The notes beneath the pieces are model-generated. The model did no database searches. It saw only the letters and a list, made by a program, of their open reading frames with translations, and had not been told where the DNA came from. A program made the position numbers and the translations under genes. From NCBI GenBank assembly GCA_965220845.1, contig CBDCRA010000005.1, positions 896,016 to 960,015 of the forward strand: 64,000 nucleotides of DNA, given 5' to 3'. This DNA comes from Candidatus Multivorans sp. (lineage in GTDB: Bacteria > Acidobacteriota > Thermoanaerobaculia > Multivoradales > Multivoraceae). Shown piece by piece: positions 47,502 through 60,000 of the stretch; positions within the stretch are counted from its first letter, which is position 1; every line of letters begins with the position of its first letter.

Positions 47502-47547
47502 CGGTGATTCGTGCTGGTTCAGACCAATGCGCTGTTGCGGCGTAACC

Positions 47548-49002
47548 CTACGCCCACAAACCCCGGATCAGCTCGCCCTTGACCAGCTCCCGCGGCTGGT
47601 CGAGGTGATTCAGGATCTCCATCGCCGGATCGATCCCCAGGGTGTAGTAGACCGTGGCCAGCAGGTCGTTCGGGTGGACCGGCTTCTCGCGGGGGGCGGA
47701 GCCGGTCTCGTCGGACTCGCCGTAGAGCTGGCCGCGGGAGACGCCGGCGCCGGCGACCAGGGCGGTGTAGCAGTAGGGCCAGTGGTCGCGGCCGTCCGGG
47801 GAGTTGCTGTTGCCGGAGGTGCTGACGCCCAGCCTGGGTGAACGGCCGAACTCGCCGACGGCGACGACGAGGGTCTCGTCGAGCAGGCCCCTATCGTCCA
47901 TGTCGGAGAGCAGCGCCGAGAGCGCGCGGTCGAGGACGGGGCAGTGCAGGTTCTTGAGCGGGGCGAAGTTCGCGGCGTGGGTGTCCCAGGAGTCGACTTC
48001 GGGGTTGCCGTTGGCGACCGCGGGCCAGTTGAGCTGGACGAAGCGCGTGCCGGCTTCGATCAGCCGCCGCGCCATTAGGGCGCCCTGGCCGAAGGTGTTC
48101 TTGCCGTAGCGCTCGCGCATCTCGTCGCTCTCGTTGGCCAGATCGAAGGCCTGGCGGGCCTTGCCGGAGAGGACGAGGTCGTAGGCCTTCTCGTAGTACT
48201 CGTCGAGGGCGGAGTCGGCGACCGCCTTCTCGAGTTCGGGCAGGGAGGCGTTCAGGCCCTTGCGGAGCTCGAAGCGGCCGGCGAGGCGCTCGGGCGAGGT
48301 CTCCTCGCGGAGTTCCAGGTCGCTGAGTTCGATCGGCTGGTTCGGGTCCTGGTAGAGGCGGTAGGGGTCGTAAGCCTTGCCGAGGAAGCCGGCGGCGCCG
48401 CCCTTGCCGATCACGTTCGACTCCTGGAGCGGCCGCGGCATCTCGACGAAGGGGAGCATCGCGTCGTCGAGAGGCCTGAGCCTGGAGATGTGGGAGCCGG
48501 CGGTCGGAAAGTCGGCCGGCGTGGGCGGCTCGAGCTGGCCGGAGGGCGAGACGCGGTCCGGCGGGTAGCCGGTCAGCATCTGGTAGATCGCCGCGGTGTG
48601 GTTGAAGAGCCCCTTGGGGGTGTAGCTCATCGAGCGGATCAGGGTGCACTTGTCGACCTGATCGGCCAGCAGCGGCATCGTCTCGGAGAGCCGGATGCCG
48701 TCGACCTTCGTGTCGATGGCGCCGAACTCGCCGCGAATGTTCGAGGGCGCGTCGGGCTTCGGATCCCAGATGTCGATGTGACTGGGGCCGCCCTGCAGGA
48801 AGAGCAGGATGACGGACTTCGCGCTGCCGAAGCCCTTGCCGCCGGCGAAGGCGTCAGCAGCGACGGTCGCGGCGTGCGCGTCACGGAGCGCGAGCGTCTG
48901 GCTGAGGGAGATGCCGAAGATGCCGAGCGAGCCGACGCGGAGGAACTCCCGCCGGGTCGGGCCGTCGCAGGTATGGCCGGACTGTCCTGGAATGACGAGC
49001 AT
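47548..49002 (-). CDS. DUF1501 domain protein (sulfatase-like, Tat-secreted; PSD pair partner)
   Basis: AGGAG 6 nt upstream of ATG 49002. Tat motif TRREFLRVGSLGIFG. 8 nt downstream of the DUF1549/1553 gene. Confidence 0.85.
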   Translation of the reverse strand: MLVIPGQSGHTCDGPTRREFLRVGSLGIFGISLSQTLALRDAHAATVAADAFAGGKGFGSAKSVILLFLQGGPSHIDIWDPKPDAPSNIRGEFGAIDTKVDGIRLSETMPLLADQVDKCTLIRSMSYTPKGLFNHTAAIYQMLTGYPPDRVSPSGQLEPPTPADFPTAGSHISRLRPLDDAMLPFVEMPRPLQESNVIGKGGAAGFLGKAYDPYRLYQDPNQPIELSDLELREETSPERLAGRFELRKGLNASLPELEKAVADSALDEYYEKAYDLVLSGKARQAFDLANESDEMRERYGKNTFGQGALMARRLIEAGTRFVQLNWPAVANGNPEVDSWDTHAANFAPLKNLHCPVLDRALSALLSDMDDRGLLDETLVVAVGEFGRSPRLGVSTSGNSNSPDGRDHWPYCYTALVAGAGVSRGQLYGESDETGSAPREKPVHPNDLLATVYYTLGIDPAMEILNHLDQPRELVKGELIRGLWA

Positions 49003-49010
49003 GGAGTCTC

Positions 49011-51572
49011 CTACGAGTTGAAGAGGAAGGCGTTCGAGTTGAGAAGCGCCCACATCAGGTCCTGGGCGGCGGCGGTGCGGCTGCGTGCGGCCTCGAAGTG
49101 ACCCTCGGCGAGCGCGGATTCATCGTCCGTGGGGTAACGGCCGAGGGTGGCGAGATAGAGCTCGGCGATCAGTTCCTCGTTGTCCCTGCCGGAGAGCACC
49201 AGGTTCGCCACCCGGCCTTCCGGGTCGGCGATCGCGTCGGCGATGACGGAGCCGTTCAGCAGGCTCAGCGCCTGCGGCAGGCTCATCTCCGTCTTCCGCT
49301 CGCACTCGCAGGCGGTTTCGCGGTCCGGCTTGCCGAACAGGTCGAGGAAGCCCTCGATCCCCATGCTCGCCGTCATCACGTGCGGGTCGGGCAGGGCCGT
49401 CGCGTCGAAGTCCTCGGGCAGGGTGTCGATCTCGAAGCGGGAGCCGGTGGCGCGGGCGACGGCGTCGGCCAGCTGCTCGGCGCTGAGCCGTCGCGGTTCG
49501 TGATGGGAGAAGTTGATCCGGTCGTCCTCGTTCCATTCGTTCGTGCGGAACGATGCCTGGTAGGCGCGCGACGTGGCGATCGTCCGCATCAGGTGGCGGA
49601 GGTCGAAGTCGTTCTCGATCAGGTCCGCGGTCAGTGCGTTGAGCAGGTCCGCGTTGACCGGCTGGTTCGAGGCCCGGATGTCGTCGACCGGGTCGATGAT
49701 CCCCCGGCCCATGAAGTAGCTCCACACGCGGTTCGCGATGGCCGGGGCGAAATACGGGTTCTCCGGCGAGGTCAGCCACTCCGCGAGTGCGGCGCGGCGT
49801 CCGAGGCCCTCGCCGAGGTCCGGCGCGCCCTCGACCGGCACCAGGTACTTCGGCGGCACGACGGCGTTCGTCTTGGGGTGCAACTGCTCGTTGTCCCTGC
49901 GCTTGTCGAACACGATTTCCTCGCCGGTGCGGAAGCCCGGGCGGACGCCGAGGCCGGCGAAGAAGGCGGTCATCTCGTAGTACTGGTTCTGGGTCCAGCG
50001 CTCGAACGGGTGGTCGTGGCACTGGGCGCAGACCATCCGTACACCCATGAAGAGCTGGGTCGTGGTCTCCATCGCCTCCTTCGGGTCGCGGGCGGCGCGG
50101 TAGTAGCTGGCGGCCGGCTGGTCGAGGGTGCTGCCGGAGGCAGTGACCAGTTCGCCCACGAGCCGGTCGTAGGGCCGGTTCTCCTCGATCGCCTCCCTCA
50201 GCCAGCCGCGGAAGGTGAGCATGCCCTTGTAGCTCATGAACTTCCGGTTGCTGCGCAGGAGATCGCCCCACTTGAGCGTCCAGTGGTCGACGTAGGCGTC
50301 GCTCGCGATCAGCTCGTCGACCAGGCGGTTCCGCTTCTCCTGGGTCGCCGCGTCGTCTTCGAGGAACGCGCGCACCGCCTGCGGGCTCGGGATCCGGCCG
50401 GTGAGGTCGAGCGAGGCGCGGCGCAGGAACGCCGCGTCGTCGACCGCGGCCGAGGGCAGGACCTCGATCCGCTGGAGCTTCGTGTCGATCAGCTCGTCGA
50501 TGTAGTTGGCCTGGGGCAGGGCGGTCCATTCGAAGCCCTCGCGGCCGCTGAGGACGGTGACCGGGGCGGTCGTGAACTGTCCCTCGTAGCGCACGAGCAG
50601 CGTGCTCTCCCCGCGGCGCAGACCCGTGGCGACGGGGCCGGAGGGCGTTTCCTCGATCGCCATCGTCTCCGTGTTGCTGCTCGTGATGTGGGCCTCGCGG
50701 GTCACGTCGCGGCTGCTGCCGTCGCCGTAATGGGCCATGACGATCGTCTGCTGGCTCATCCCGGGCCGGTGCATGAAGACCTCGCCGGGATGGATCGTCA
50801 GGCGCTCGACCCGGTCGGTCGCCGGGTCGCCGTAGGGAACGCCGCCGGAGATCCAGTCGAGGATCTGATTGTAGTAACGAGATCCGTGGTCGAGCCGCAG
50901 GCCGCCCTCGTGCGCGACCTGCATCGTCGGCTTGGCGAGCATCAGCGAGCGCGCGGGCTCGGCGCGGTTGAAGCGCCGGCCGGACATGTCGTACAGCAGC
51001 GACTGGTAGTCGAACTCCGGGTCGTAGCCGCGAAGCGACAGCTTGAAGCCGTTCTTGCCCTTGGCCGCGCCGTGGCAGGTGCCCGTGGAGCAGCCGATCT
51101 TGTTCATCGCGGGCAGGACGTCGCGGACGAAGGTGACGGGGGGTGCGGCGTTGGCGGTCGCGGCGGCGTGGACCGTGACCGGTACGGTGGCGGCGAGGCC
51201 GCCGGCGTGGATGGCGAGGGAGCCTTTGCCGGAAGTGGTCGGTGTGAAGTAGCCGTCGTCGCCGCGCTCGACGGGGGCGCTGGTCGTGTCGACTTCGGCT
51301 TCGCCGGTGAGGTCGATGCGTTCGCCGCTTTCGAGGATGCCCGTGACGAGGAGCTTGCGGGAGTCGCGGGGGTTGTCGAAGGTGAGTTCGGCGGGGTGGA
51401 TGAGGAGGTCGACGGGGGTTGTGGCGGCGCCGGCGGGCAGGGCCATCGCGGCTAGGGCGATGAGCAGGAAGGCGGTACGGGCTCGCCGCTGCGCGGCATC
51501 GCGCCTGATGCGGGTCAGAAGACCCGCGCACCCAGTGGTTCGGGTGGCGGTGCACCCAGCGAGACGTTTCAT
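49011..51572 (-). CDS. DUF1549/DUF1553 domain protein with Ig-like and PSCyt (CxxCH) modules
   Basis: Signal peptide. CSTGTCHG heme-binding-like motif. DUF1549 and DUF1553 regions (MVCAQCHDHPFERW..., FFAGLG...). Confidence 0.85.
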   Translation of the reverse strand: MKRLAGCTATRTTGCAGLLTRIRRDAAQRRARTAFLLIALAAMALPAGAATTPVDLLIHPAELTFDNPRDSRKLLVTGILESGERIDLTGEAEVDTTSAPVERGDDGYFTPTTSGKGSLAIHAGGLAATVPVTVHAAATANAAPPVTFVRDVLPAMNKIGCSTGTCHGAAKGKNGFKLSLRGYDPEFDYQSLLYDMSGRRFNRAEPARSLMLAKPTMQVAHEGGLRLDHGSRYYNQILDWISGGVPYGDPATDRVERLTIHPGEVFMHRPGMSQQTIVMAHYGDGSSRDVTREAHITSSNTETMAIEETPSGPVATGLRRGESTLLVRYEGQFTTAPVTVLSGREGFEWTALPQANYIDELIDTKLQRIEVLPSAAVDDAAFLRRASLDLTGRIPSPQAVRAFLEDDAATQEKRNRLVDELIASDAYVDHWTLKWGDLLRSNRKFMSYKGMLTFRGWLREAIEENRPYDRLVGELVTASGSTLDQPAASYYRAARDPKEAMETTTQLFMGVRMVCAQCHDHPFERWTQNQYYEMTAFFAGLGVRPGFRTGEEIVFDKRRDNEQLHPKTNAVVPPKYLVPVEGAPDLGEGLGRRAALAEWLTSPENPYFAPAIANRVWSYFMGRGIIDPVDDIRASNQPVNADLLNALTADLIENDFDLRHLMRTIATSRAYQASFRTNEWNEDDRINFSHHEPRRLSAEQLADAVARATGSRFEIDTLPEDFDATALPDPHVMTASMGIEGFLDLFGKPDRETACECERKTEMSLPQALSLLNGSVIADAIADPEGRVANLVLSGRDNEELIAELYLATLGRYPTDDESALAEGHFEAARSRTAAAQDLMWALLNSNAFLFNS

Positions 51573-54040
51573 CTGCCCTTCACCTCCATTCGCGCGCTCA
51601 CCGGCACCGTAGTGTAGGCGGAGCGGACTTCTCGTTCGCCGGCCAGCCAGGACGACGACGTGATCAGGAAGTCGTAGTCCCCTGCTTCGACCGCATCCGA
51701 CGCCTCGCAGGCGAGCCGGAACTTGCCGTCGTCCTCGACCTTGACTTCGGTGCCCTCGCAGACGACGCCGGTGGGCAACGCGTCTGCGCGCAGTTCAACC
51801 GGCTGCTGGAAGCTCTCTTCGCGATGGAGGACGCCTTCCACCGTGCCCTTTCGGCCGGACTTGACGGTCGCTCCGGTGACCTCGATCCGGTAGCCGGGGA
51901 CTATCTCGAGGGTGACGCCGGGCGTGTAGAGCCGCTCGGGGCGGCCGCCCGCCGTGACTTCGCCGGTGAGGGTCACGGTGTAGCGGTCGAGCTGGGTGCC
52001 GTCGCTGCTTCGGATCAGTTTGCTGCCTTCGGGCTTGTTGTAGTCGGTCTTCTCGGTCGTCTCGACCCGGAACTCGCCCACGCCCACGCCGATCAGGGCA
52101 CTGACGACCATGGGCGGTCTGGTCGCGGTTTCTTCGCCCGGCGGGGCCTCGTACTTCCACTCGAAGTCGAACGGCATGCCCTTCACCAGCCTCACCGTCG
52201 CCGGCTCCAGAGTGGTCAGCCGGGGCCCGGGCTTGCCGGTGAGCAGCACGGGCAGCCGGCTCTCCAGCCACGGAGCGCTGAACGACCGCTCGGCCTCCGT
52301 CGTGTAGCTGCGGCCGTCGCCGGCGCGCACGCTGGTCACGCTTCCCGGCAAGGTCGCCCGCCGGCGGATCACGGTGCCGTCCTCGAGCACGCCTTCGCCC
52401 CAGATCTCGAGGTCGAAGCGGCGGCGCGGAGCGTCGAGGTCGGCGGTGACCAGGATCCGGCCGGAGCGCGCCAGCGTGCGGGTGTCTAGGTCGCGCACTT
52501 CCCGGGTGATCCATCCGTCCCGGGCCTCGATTCCGGCGGGCGGTTCCTTGACATGGAGGCGGATGGGGCCGAGATAGCCGCGGCGCACGGCGCCGACGTC
52601 GATCGGCTTCGAAGCGCCGCTGTTGAGCGTCAACTGGGCCGTGCTCAGGCGCAGCTCGAAGTCGGGGCCGTTCGCGGTCGCCGTCAACCGGTAGCCGAAA
52701 CGCGGACCGCCGCGCCCCACCAGGTCCTCGACCGTAACGTGCAGCTCGTCCACCCCTTCCGGCGTCTCGACCAGAACCCAGGGGTCGAAGGAGGTGGCGG
52801 TCGGAGACAGCAGCCGGAAGGTGTCGGGGTCCGGGATGTCGTCGCCGGAGGACGCCAGGAACTCGCCGTCCGGCGTCGTGACGGTCAGCACGCCGAACAG
52901 GTCGGAGGAGCCGAGCGTGGCGCCCTCGACTTCGATCAGGAGCTTCCGGCCCGGCTCGGCGGCGATCCGGTAGCGGTCCACCTCGCCGGCGTCGTCGATC
53001 CGGCCGTTGAGGACCACGGGGGTGTCGAGTGCCTCGTCGCCGGCCGTGTCACCCTCCAGCACCTCGGGATGGCTGCCGACGACCACCCGGAACGGCAGGG
53101 CCGAGCTGGTCTTTGAGGCCACGGGCGGGCCGACGACGTCGAAGGCGTTCTCCGTCTCGACGGCGCGGGCGATCTCCCTGGCGGCGGCCGCGCTGCCGCC
53201 GCTGAGCTCGAATCGCGTCTCCTCTCCGCGGCGCGCCCCCAGCGGGAAGACCGCGTCGGCGTACTCGTAGTCCGTGGCGGCGATCAGCTTGAGGCGGTAG
53301 AAGTTCCTCCTCTGGTTGCTGAATCGGGCGTCGTGGACTTCGACGACGTACTCCCCGGCCTCCGGCGGCCGCCAGTCGAGGCGGGCGTCGACGTCGATGC
53401 CGGGTCCCTCCTGGTTGAAGGCGATCTCGCTGCCTTCGCCGTCGAGCAGGCGGAGCACAGGGTCGATTGCCGAGCCGACGCGCCGCGCCTCGACCTCCAG
53501 GACGATCCGCTCGCCGGCTTCCGCGCGGAAGCGGTAGCGGTCCCGTTCCGCTCCGTCCAGCGTGCCGTTGACCACGACCGGCAGTGCATCGATGCGTGGC
53601 GGCTCGCTGGCGGCGCTGCCGTCGCGGAGACTCCGCTCGGAGACTTCGGACACGGTGTCCACCCGGAACAGCAGGGCGTTCGACAGGCCGTCGTCGCTGA
53701 CGGCGCGCAGTGGGTAGAGCCCGGGCGCGGCATCGGCGTCGATCTCCACGAGAAAGACGGCGGCCTGGAGGTTGCGGTCGTTCGGCCGCCGACGTTTCTG
53801 GAACCGGTCCTCGTCGGCGGCCTCGCCGAGACGGGCGAACGAACCGGGCAGGGTGCTCTCGATCTCCATTTCGCCCGCGACGCCGTAGCCCTCGATGACC
53901 AGCCGCAGGGCCCGCCCCTGCTGGCCGCCGTGGGGATGCATGTCGACGAGATTCGGCGGCGGCCCCGCGGCGCCGGCGACCGTCGCGATGGCGATGGCGG
54001 CGAGCGCCAGGCAGGCACTCCGAAGCAGCGAGCGACTCAT
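51569..54040 (-). CDS. large secreted protein with repeated PPC (pre-peptidase C-terminal)-like domains
   Basis: Start ATG 54040 (MSRSLLRSACLALAAIAIATVAGAAG). Repeated DRYRFRAEAGERIVLEVEA / DRYRIAAEPGRKLLIEVEG modules. Stop overlaps the start of the DUF1549/1553 gene (ATGA). Confidence 0.6.
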   Translation of the reverse strand: MSRSLLRSACLALAAIAIATVAGAAGPPPNLVDMHPHGGQQGRALRLVIEGYGVAGEMEIESTLPGSFARLGEAADEDRFQKRRRPNDRNLQAAVFLVEIDADAAPGLYPLRAVSDDGLSNALLFRVDTVSEVSERSLRDGSAASEPPRIDALPVVVNGTLDGAERDRYRFRAEAGERIVLEVEARRVGSAIDPVLRLLDGEGSEIAFNQEGPGIDVDARLDWRPPEAGEYVVEVHDARFSNQRRNFYRLKLIAATDYEYADAVFPLGARRGEETRFELSGGSAAAAREIARAVETENAFDVVGPPVASKTSSALPFRVVVGSHPEVLEGDTAGDEALDTPVVLNGRIDDAGEVDRYRIAAEPGRKLLIEVEGATLGSSDLFGVLTVTTPDGEFLASSGDDIPDPDTFRLLSPTATSFDPWVLVETPEGVDELHVTVEDLVGRGGPRFGYRLTATANGPDFELRLSTAQLTLNSGASKPIDVGAVRRGYLGPIRLHVKEPPAGIEARDGWITREVRDLDTRTLARSGRILVTADLDAPRRRFDLEIWGEGVLEDGTVIRRRATLPGSVTSVRAGDGRSYTTEAERSFSAPWLESRLPVLLTGKPGPRLTTLEPATVRLVKGMPFDFEWKYEAPPGEETATRPPMVVSALIGVGVGEFRVETTEKTDYNKPEGSKLIRSSDGTQLDRYTVTLTGEVTAGGRPERLYTPGVTLEIVPGYRIEVTGATVKSGRKGTVEGVLHREESFQQPVELRADALPTGVVCEGTEVKVEDDGKFRLACEASDAVEAGDYDFLITSSSWLAGEREVRSAYTTVPVSARMEVKGR

Positions 54041-54065
54041 GGCGCGCGTCGATTCGTCGCATGTC

Positions 54066-54088
54066 GGTGCGCCGGCCTTCTGGCCGGC
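54066..54088 (+). repeat. REP-like palindromic element (copy B)
   Basis: GGTGCGCCGGCCTTCTGGCCGGC. Lies 39 nt downstream of the cyt c-WD40 stop (54127) and 26 nt upstream of the PPC-protein start (54040). Confidence 0.6.
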
Positions 54089-54126
54089 TCTGGACGCGGT
54101 TCTGATCCGAGACTGCAGTGGAGTGC

Positions 54127-55603
54127 TCACGGCGCTCCTCCGGCTGTCGTCTCACGGTGACCGCCGCCCTCGAGCGGCACCGGCACGAACTCGTGCAGCA
54201 GTTCGCCGTCGGCCGCGCCGTACAGCCTCAAGCGACCGTCGAAGCCGGCGGTGGCCAGTTCGTCGCCGGCCGGGTCGAACGCCAGCGTGTAGATGCCGGC
54301 GCGGTGTCCCGCGGCGGTGGCGGTCCGTTCGCCCGTCTCCAGGTCGTAGATCGGCACCGACGGTGCGGCGCCTCCCACCGCGAGACGTGTGCCCCGCGGG
54401 TCCACCGCGAGCGCGAAGATCTCCCCGTCCTGGCGTTCGAACTCCCGGACCAGCGTCGAGTCGTCGGCGATCAGCATCTTCCGGGCGCGGTCCATGCGGT
54501 AGTAGTAGGGCACGCGGTCCTCGCCGCCGATCACGACCGCCTCGATTCGCGGGTTCCGGACGACGGCCGACAGCTCGCCGCGCAGCAGGTTGATGTTCTC
54601 GACGAAGGCGCCGCTCGAGGCGTCGATCAGCTTCGCGGCCCGGTCCCGGCCGACGGAGACGATGCGGCGGCCGTCGCCGCCGAAGACGACCCCGAGCACC
54701 CAGTTCTCGTGGTGGTTCATTCGCAGCAGCTCACGGCCGCTGGTCGCCTGGTGGATACGGACCGTGTGATCGGCGCAGCCGATCGCGAGCCGGCGTTCGT
54801 CGGGCGACACGGCGAGGCCGAACAGCGTGTCGTGACAGAGCATGTTTGAGACCCGGAGCTCCCGGTCCTCGACGTCCCAGATCTGGATCTCGCCGAACCG
54901 CGCCGGCGTCCCGCCGGTGGCGATCAGCCGACCGTTGCGCAAGAAGGCGAGCCCCTGGATGCGCTCCGAGACGCTGCTGAAGCGGGCCTCCAGACTGTCG
55001 CCGCTGCCGATCTTCGAGCGACGGTGGAGCAGGACCTCCCGGTTGCCCGACACGGCCAGCCACTCCCCGTCGGCGGAGTAGGCCACCGCCGTGATGACAG
55101 GCGGCTGGTCGTAGACGATCGGCCCGGTCACCGCGCCGAGCCGCATCTCGTCCGGCGTGTCGTCGTGCGCGCCGGCCGCGATCCAGTCACTGATGGCAGC
55201 GATCTCCGCCTCCGCCAGCGGCTCCGCCCGCATCGGCATCGCCGGCTCGATCTCCCCCCGGAGCATCTTGAGCATCCGGCTCTCATCCGGCTTGCCGGCG
55301 ACGTAGGCCGAACCACTCATCCCGCCCGCGGCGAGCCCGTCGAAGCTGGTCAGGTTCAGCTCACCACCCAACTGCGCTGGCTGATGGCATCCCTGGCAGC
55401 GTTTCTGGATGACGGGCCAGACGTCACGGTAGTAGCTGGGGTCATCCTGGGCGATTGCGGTCGTCGCGCAGAGCACGCTCGCGACTGCAGCGGCGAGAAT
55501 CCGGATTCCGCCTCCGGCGGATGCCGGCCAGAAGGCCGGCGCACCGACGTCCGATGGAGGCCGCCCCCTGCGGTCCCGGCTCAGGCGGGTCAGCACCACC
55601 GCC

Positions 55604-55629
<26 letters not shown>
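54127..55629 (-). CDS. cytochrome c (CxxCH)-WD40 repeat protein
   Basis: CQGCHQ heme motif followed by WD40/beta-propeller repeats. The start is uncertain: ATG 55629 overlaps the upstream DUF1501 stop by 26 nt, and a GTG at about 55598 is the alternative. The N-terminal coding region contains REP copy C. Confidence 0.65.
55521..55545 (-). repeat. REP-like palindromic element (copy C, inverted orientation)
   Basis: The plus strand reads ATGCCGGCCAGAAGGCCGGCGCACC, the reverse complement of copies A and B. Lies 60-85 nt downstream of the DUF1501 stop (55604), inside the annotated N-terminus of the cyt c-WD40 ORF where it encodes ...GAPAFWPA... Confidence 0.6.
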
Positions 55630-57018
<1,389 letters not shown>

Positions 57019-57022
<4 letters not shown>

Positions 57023-60000
57023 CGGAGGTACATGAACTCCTTCAGGTTGAACATGGCGTGCGCCAGTTGGCGCCAGGCGTTGCCGCCGCCGGCGCTCTGC
57101 TCGAGCTGGTCGGCTTCCGCCTCGAGGCGCGCGATGCGGGACCAACTGCTGCGGTAGATGCGCGCCTGCTCCGCTTCCGACGGCGCTTCGATGTTGCCGA
57201 GCGCCGAGGCCGCGACATCGGCGGGGGCCAGGACGCGGTCGTAGAGGCGAGCCTGAAGCACGCCCAGCGGCGCGTCTCCGGCGCCCGCGAGCCGGATGCG
57301 ACCCTCGTCCAGGCTCATCGGAAGCTCCTGGCGGACCCTCTCCGGGTCGGCCTCGGCACTGTTCCGGTACGCGGTCCAGGCGCCCTTGCGGTCCCGTGCC
57401 AGGACCAGGTGGACCGGCGCGTCGCCGGCGCCCGCGTCGCCCGGGAGGCCGGTTACCCAGGCCTCGAGCGTGTACTCGTCCAGTGTCCGTCGGAGCGGCT
57501 TCGACGTCACGACATCCGACGTCCCCAGCCACAGTGCGCCGTCGTGCAAGCGGACGTGGCGGCCCGGCTTGAGCGGCAGATTGCCGGAGGCGTCGTAGGC
57601 GCGGCCGGTTTTGGGCGGGTCGTCGAACTCCCACGCGGCGGCCGCCCTGGGCGCCGACGCCCGGTGGTAGAAGCGCAGCACGCCGCGCGTCTTGTCCGCG
57701 GTGAAGTCGCGGATTCCGGCGCTCTCCTCGCGGCGTTCCATCGCCGCCGCGCTCCACGTTTCCACGTCTTCCCGCGCGGGCTTCCGGTCAACGGCCTGCG
57801 CCAGGAACTGCTTGGCCGCGCCGAGTTCCGGTTCGGTCGGGGGCCGGCCGAGGGCGAGCCGGAACATCGCGGCGATGCGTTCCCGGTCGTTGTGCAAATC
57901 GGGGTCCCGGGCGATCCGCTCGGCGAAGCGAGTGGCCAGATGCATGACCTGGGTGTTGTTCATCATCAGCAGCGACTGCGCGGGCACGTTCGTCTGGTCG
58001 CGCTGGCCCTTGGTTGTCACCGGGGTCGGCAGGTCGAGGGTGTGAAGCAGGGGATCCGGCTGATTCCGGATGACCTGGACGTAGACGCTGCGCCGGTTGG
58101 ACCAGCCGGTTTCCGGGAGGATCCCGCTGGCTGTCACCGGTTCGAGTTCACCGGCGGCGATCAGCATCGAGTCGCGCACCGCTTCGGCCTCCAGGCGGCG
58201 CAGATGGGCGTGGGAGAGGAGGTCGTTCCGCGGGTCCCGTTCACGGGCGGCTTCCGACGGCGTCGACTCGAGCTGGAAGGCCCGGGTCGAGGCGAGCCGC
58301 CGCACGAACTTCTTCAGGGACCAGCCGTCCTCCCGCAGCGCCGTCGCCAGGTGATCGAGGAGGGCGGCGTTCGACGGCAGCTCGCCCATCTGCCCGAAGT
58401 TGTCCGGCGTGGCGACGATGCCGCGGCCGAAGGTATGGGTCCAGAGGCGGTTCGCCATGACGCGGGCCGTGAGCGGGTTGCCGGGGTCGAGGACGCTGTC
58501 GGCCAGGGCAAGCCGCGGGTGGACCGACCCGGCGTAGGGCTCGGGGTCGATCGCTTCGAGGAAGCGCTGGGGCACCGGCTCGCCAAGCCGCCGGTGGTTG
58601 CCGCGCTCCATCAGCGGCTGATCGAAGCGCGGGCCAGCGAGCACCGCGGGGGAGCGGGTCGGCACGGGGATTGCCTCCTCGAGCTGCCTGATCCTGTCGA
58701 CGATCGGACGCGCTTCCGGGACATCGCCGAGGTCGTTCGGCAGCAGGCCGCGGCGCACGAAGCTCGCCAGGAAACGGGCCTGGGCGTCGGTCATCGAACC
58801 GTCGCGCCAGGCCTCGGCGGCGCCGCGGACCGCTTCGCCGTAGCGGGCCGCCAGCTCGCCGCGGTCGCCCGGCGCTCCCTCGATCTCGAACAGCGGCGCC
58901 GTGAACTCGGCTGGCTGGTCGCGGGGTAGCTCGCCGTCTTCGTCGAGCACGACCGCTTCGGTGATCCCGAACCACGAGCGGTCCGAGCGCCCGCCGGAAC
59001 TCTCACCGGTCATCGGGTGATCGGCGGCCGTCACCAGCTCGATGTAGGCGTGGTCGTCGTCCCAGTAATCGAGATCCCAGTGCTGCCAGCGCCATTCGCC
59101 GTCCGAGAGGGTCTCGATCGGATGGACCTCCCCGCGCTGGGGGTAGTTCTGGACCGCGTAGCGCGCGACGGCGCCGCCGCGGCCGGCGATCCGCACCGCC
59201 AGTTTCTGCCTGGTCCCGATGAGAAACCGCGGCGACGAGAAGGTCCCGTTGTGGCGATTCGTGAGCGAGTGCGTGTAAACGCCGCCCGGCAGGATGTCGG
59301 CGACGATCGTCCCGCCGCCCTGAGTGACTTCGTAGCTACCGGCTTCCTGCGGCTTCGCTTCGGGAAGGCCGTTGCCGTGCCGGTACCACTGCTCGACGTC
59401 CTCGGTTCGGCTCAGGTCCCAACGCTGGACGGCGGGCGCCTGTCGCCTTGTCTCGAGTTGCTGCCTGCTCCGTTCGTGGGCGGCGGCCAGCTCCTGCCAC
59501 TGCTTCGCGAAGGCCCCGCGGCCACGGATCCGGCCTGCCCGGACCCAGGCGTAGAGCGGGTCGTAGGGCGACTGGCCGCCCGTGAGTGCGGCGGCCCACG
59601 GGCCGTCCGGCTGCTGCAGCCGGGCCGGCACCTCGGCGGCGGCTTCGAGCCATGCCTCGGCCAGCACCTGCCTCAACTCGCCCTTGAGCCGGATCAGGTC
59701 GGCCCGGTGGGCGTTTCGGCGCGCTTCGTCGTCGATCGTCTGAACCCCCGGACGGCCGTTCACCATCGTGCCGTACAGGGCGTAGAAGTCGGTCTGGCTG
59801 ATCGCGTCGAACTTGTGGTCGTGGCAGCGGGCGCAGGCGACCGTCATCCCCAGGAACGCCTTGGAGACGACGTCGATCTGGTTCTCGGTGAAGCGAACCT
59901 GTTCGTCGAGGGCGTCGGTAGGGCCGAAGCCGTGCAGCACGAAGCGGTACTGGGCGATGCCAATGGCCGACTCGTTGATCCCGAGTTCGGGGTTCATCCG

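Noticed and set aside
49098-51555. 785-aa + ORF and 811-aa - ORF overlapping the DUF1549/1553 gene
   Set aside because: Alternative frames of a gene with clear CxxCH/DUF1549/DUF1553 motifs. Low-complexity.
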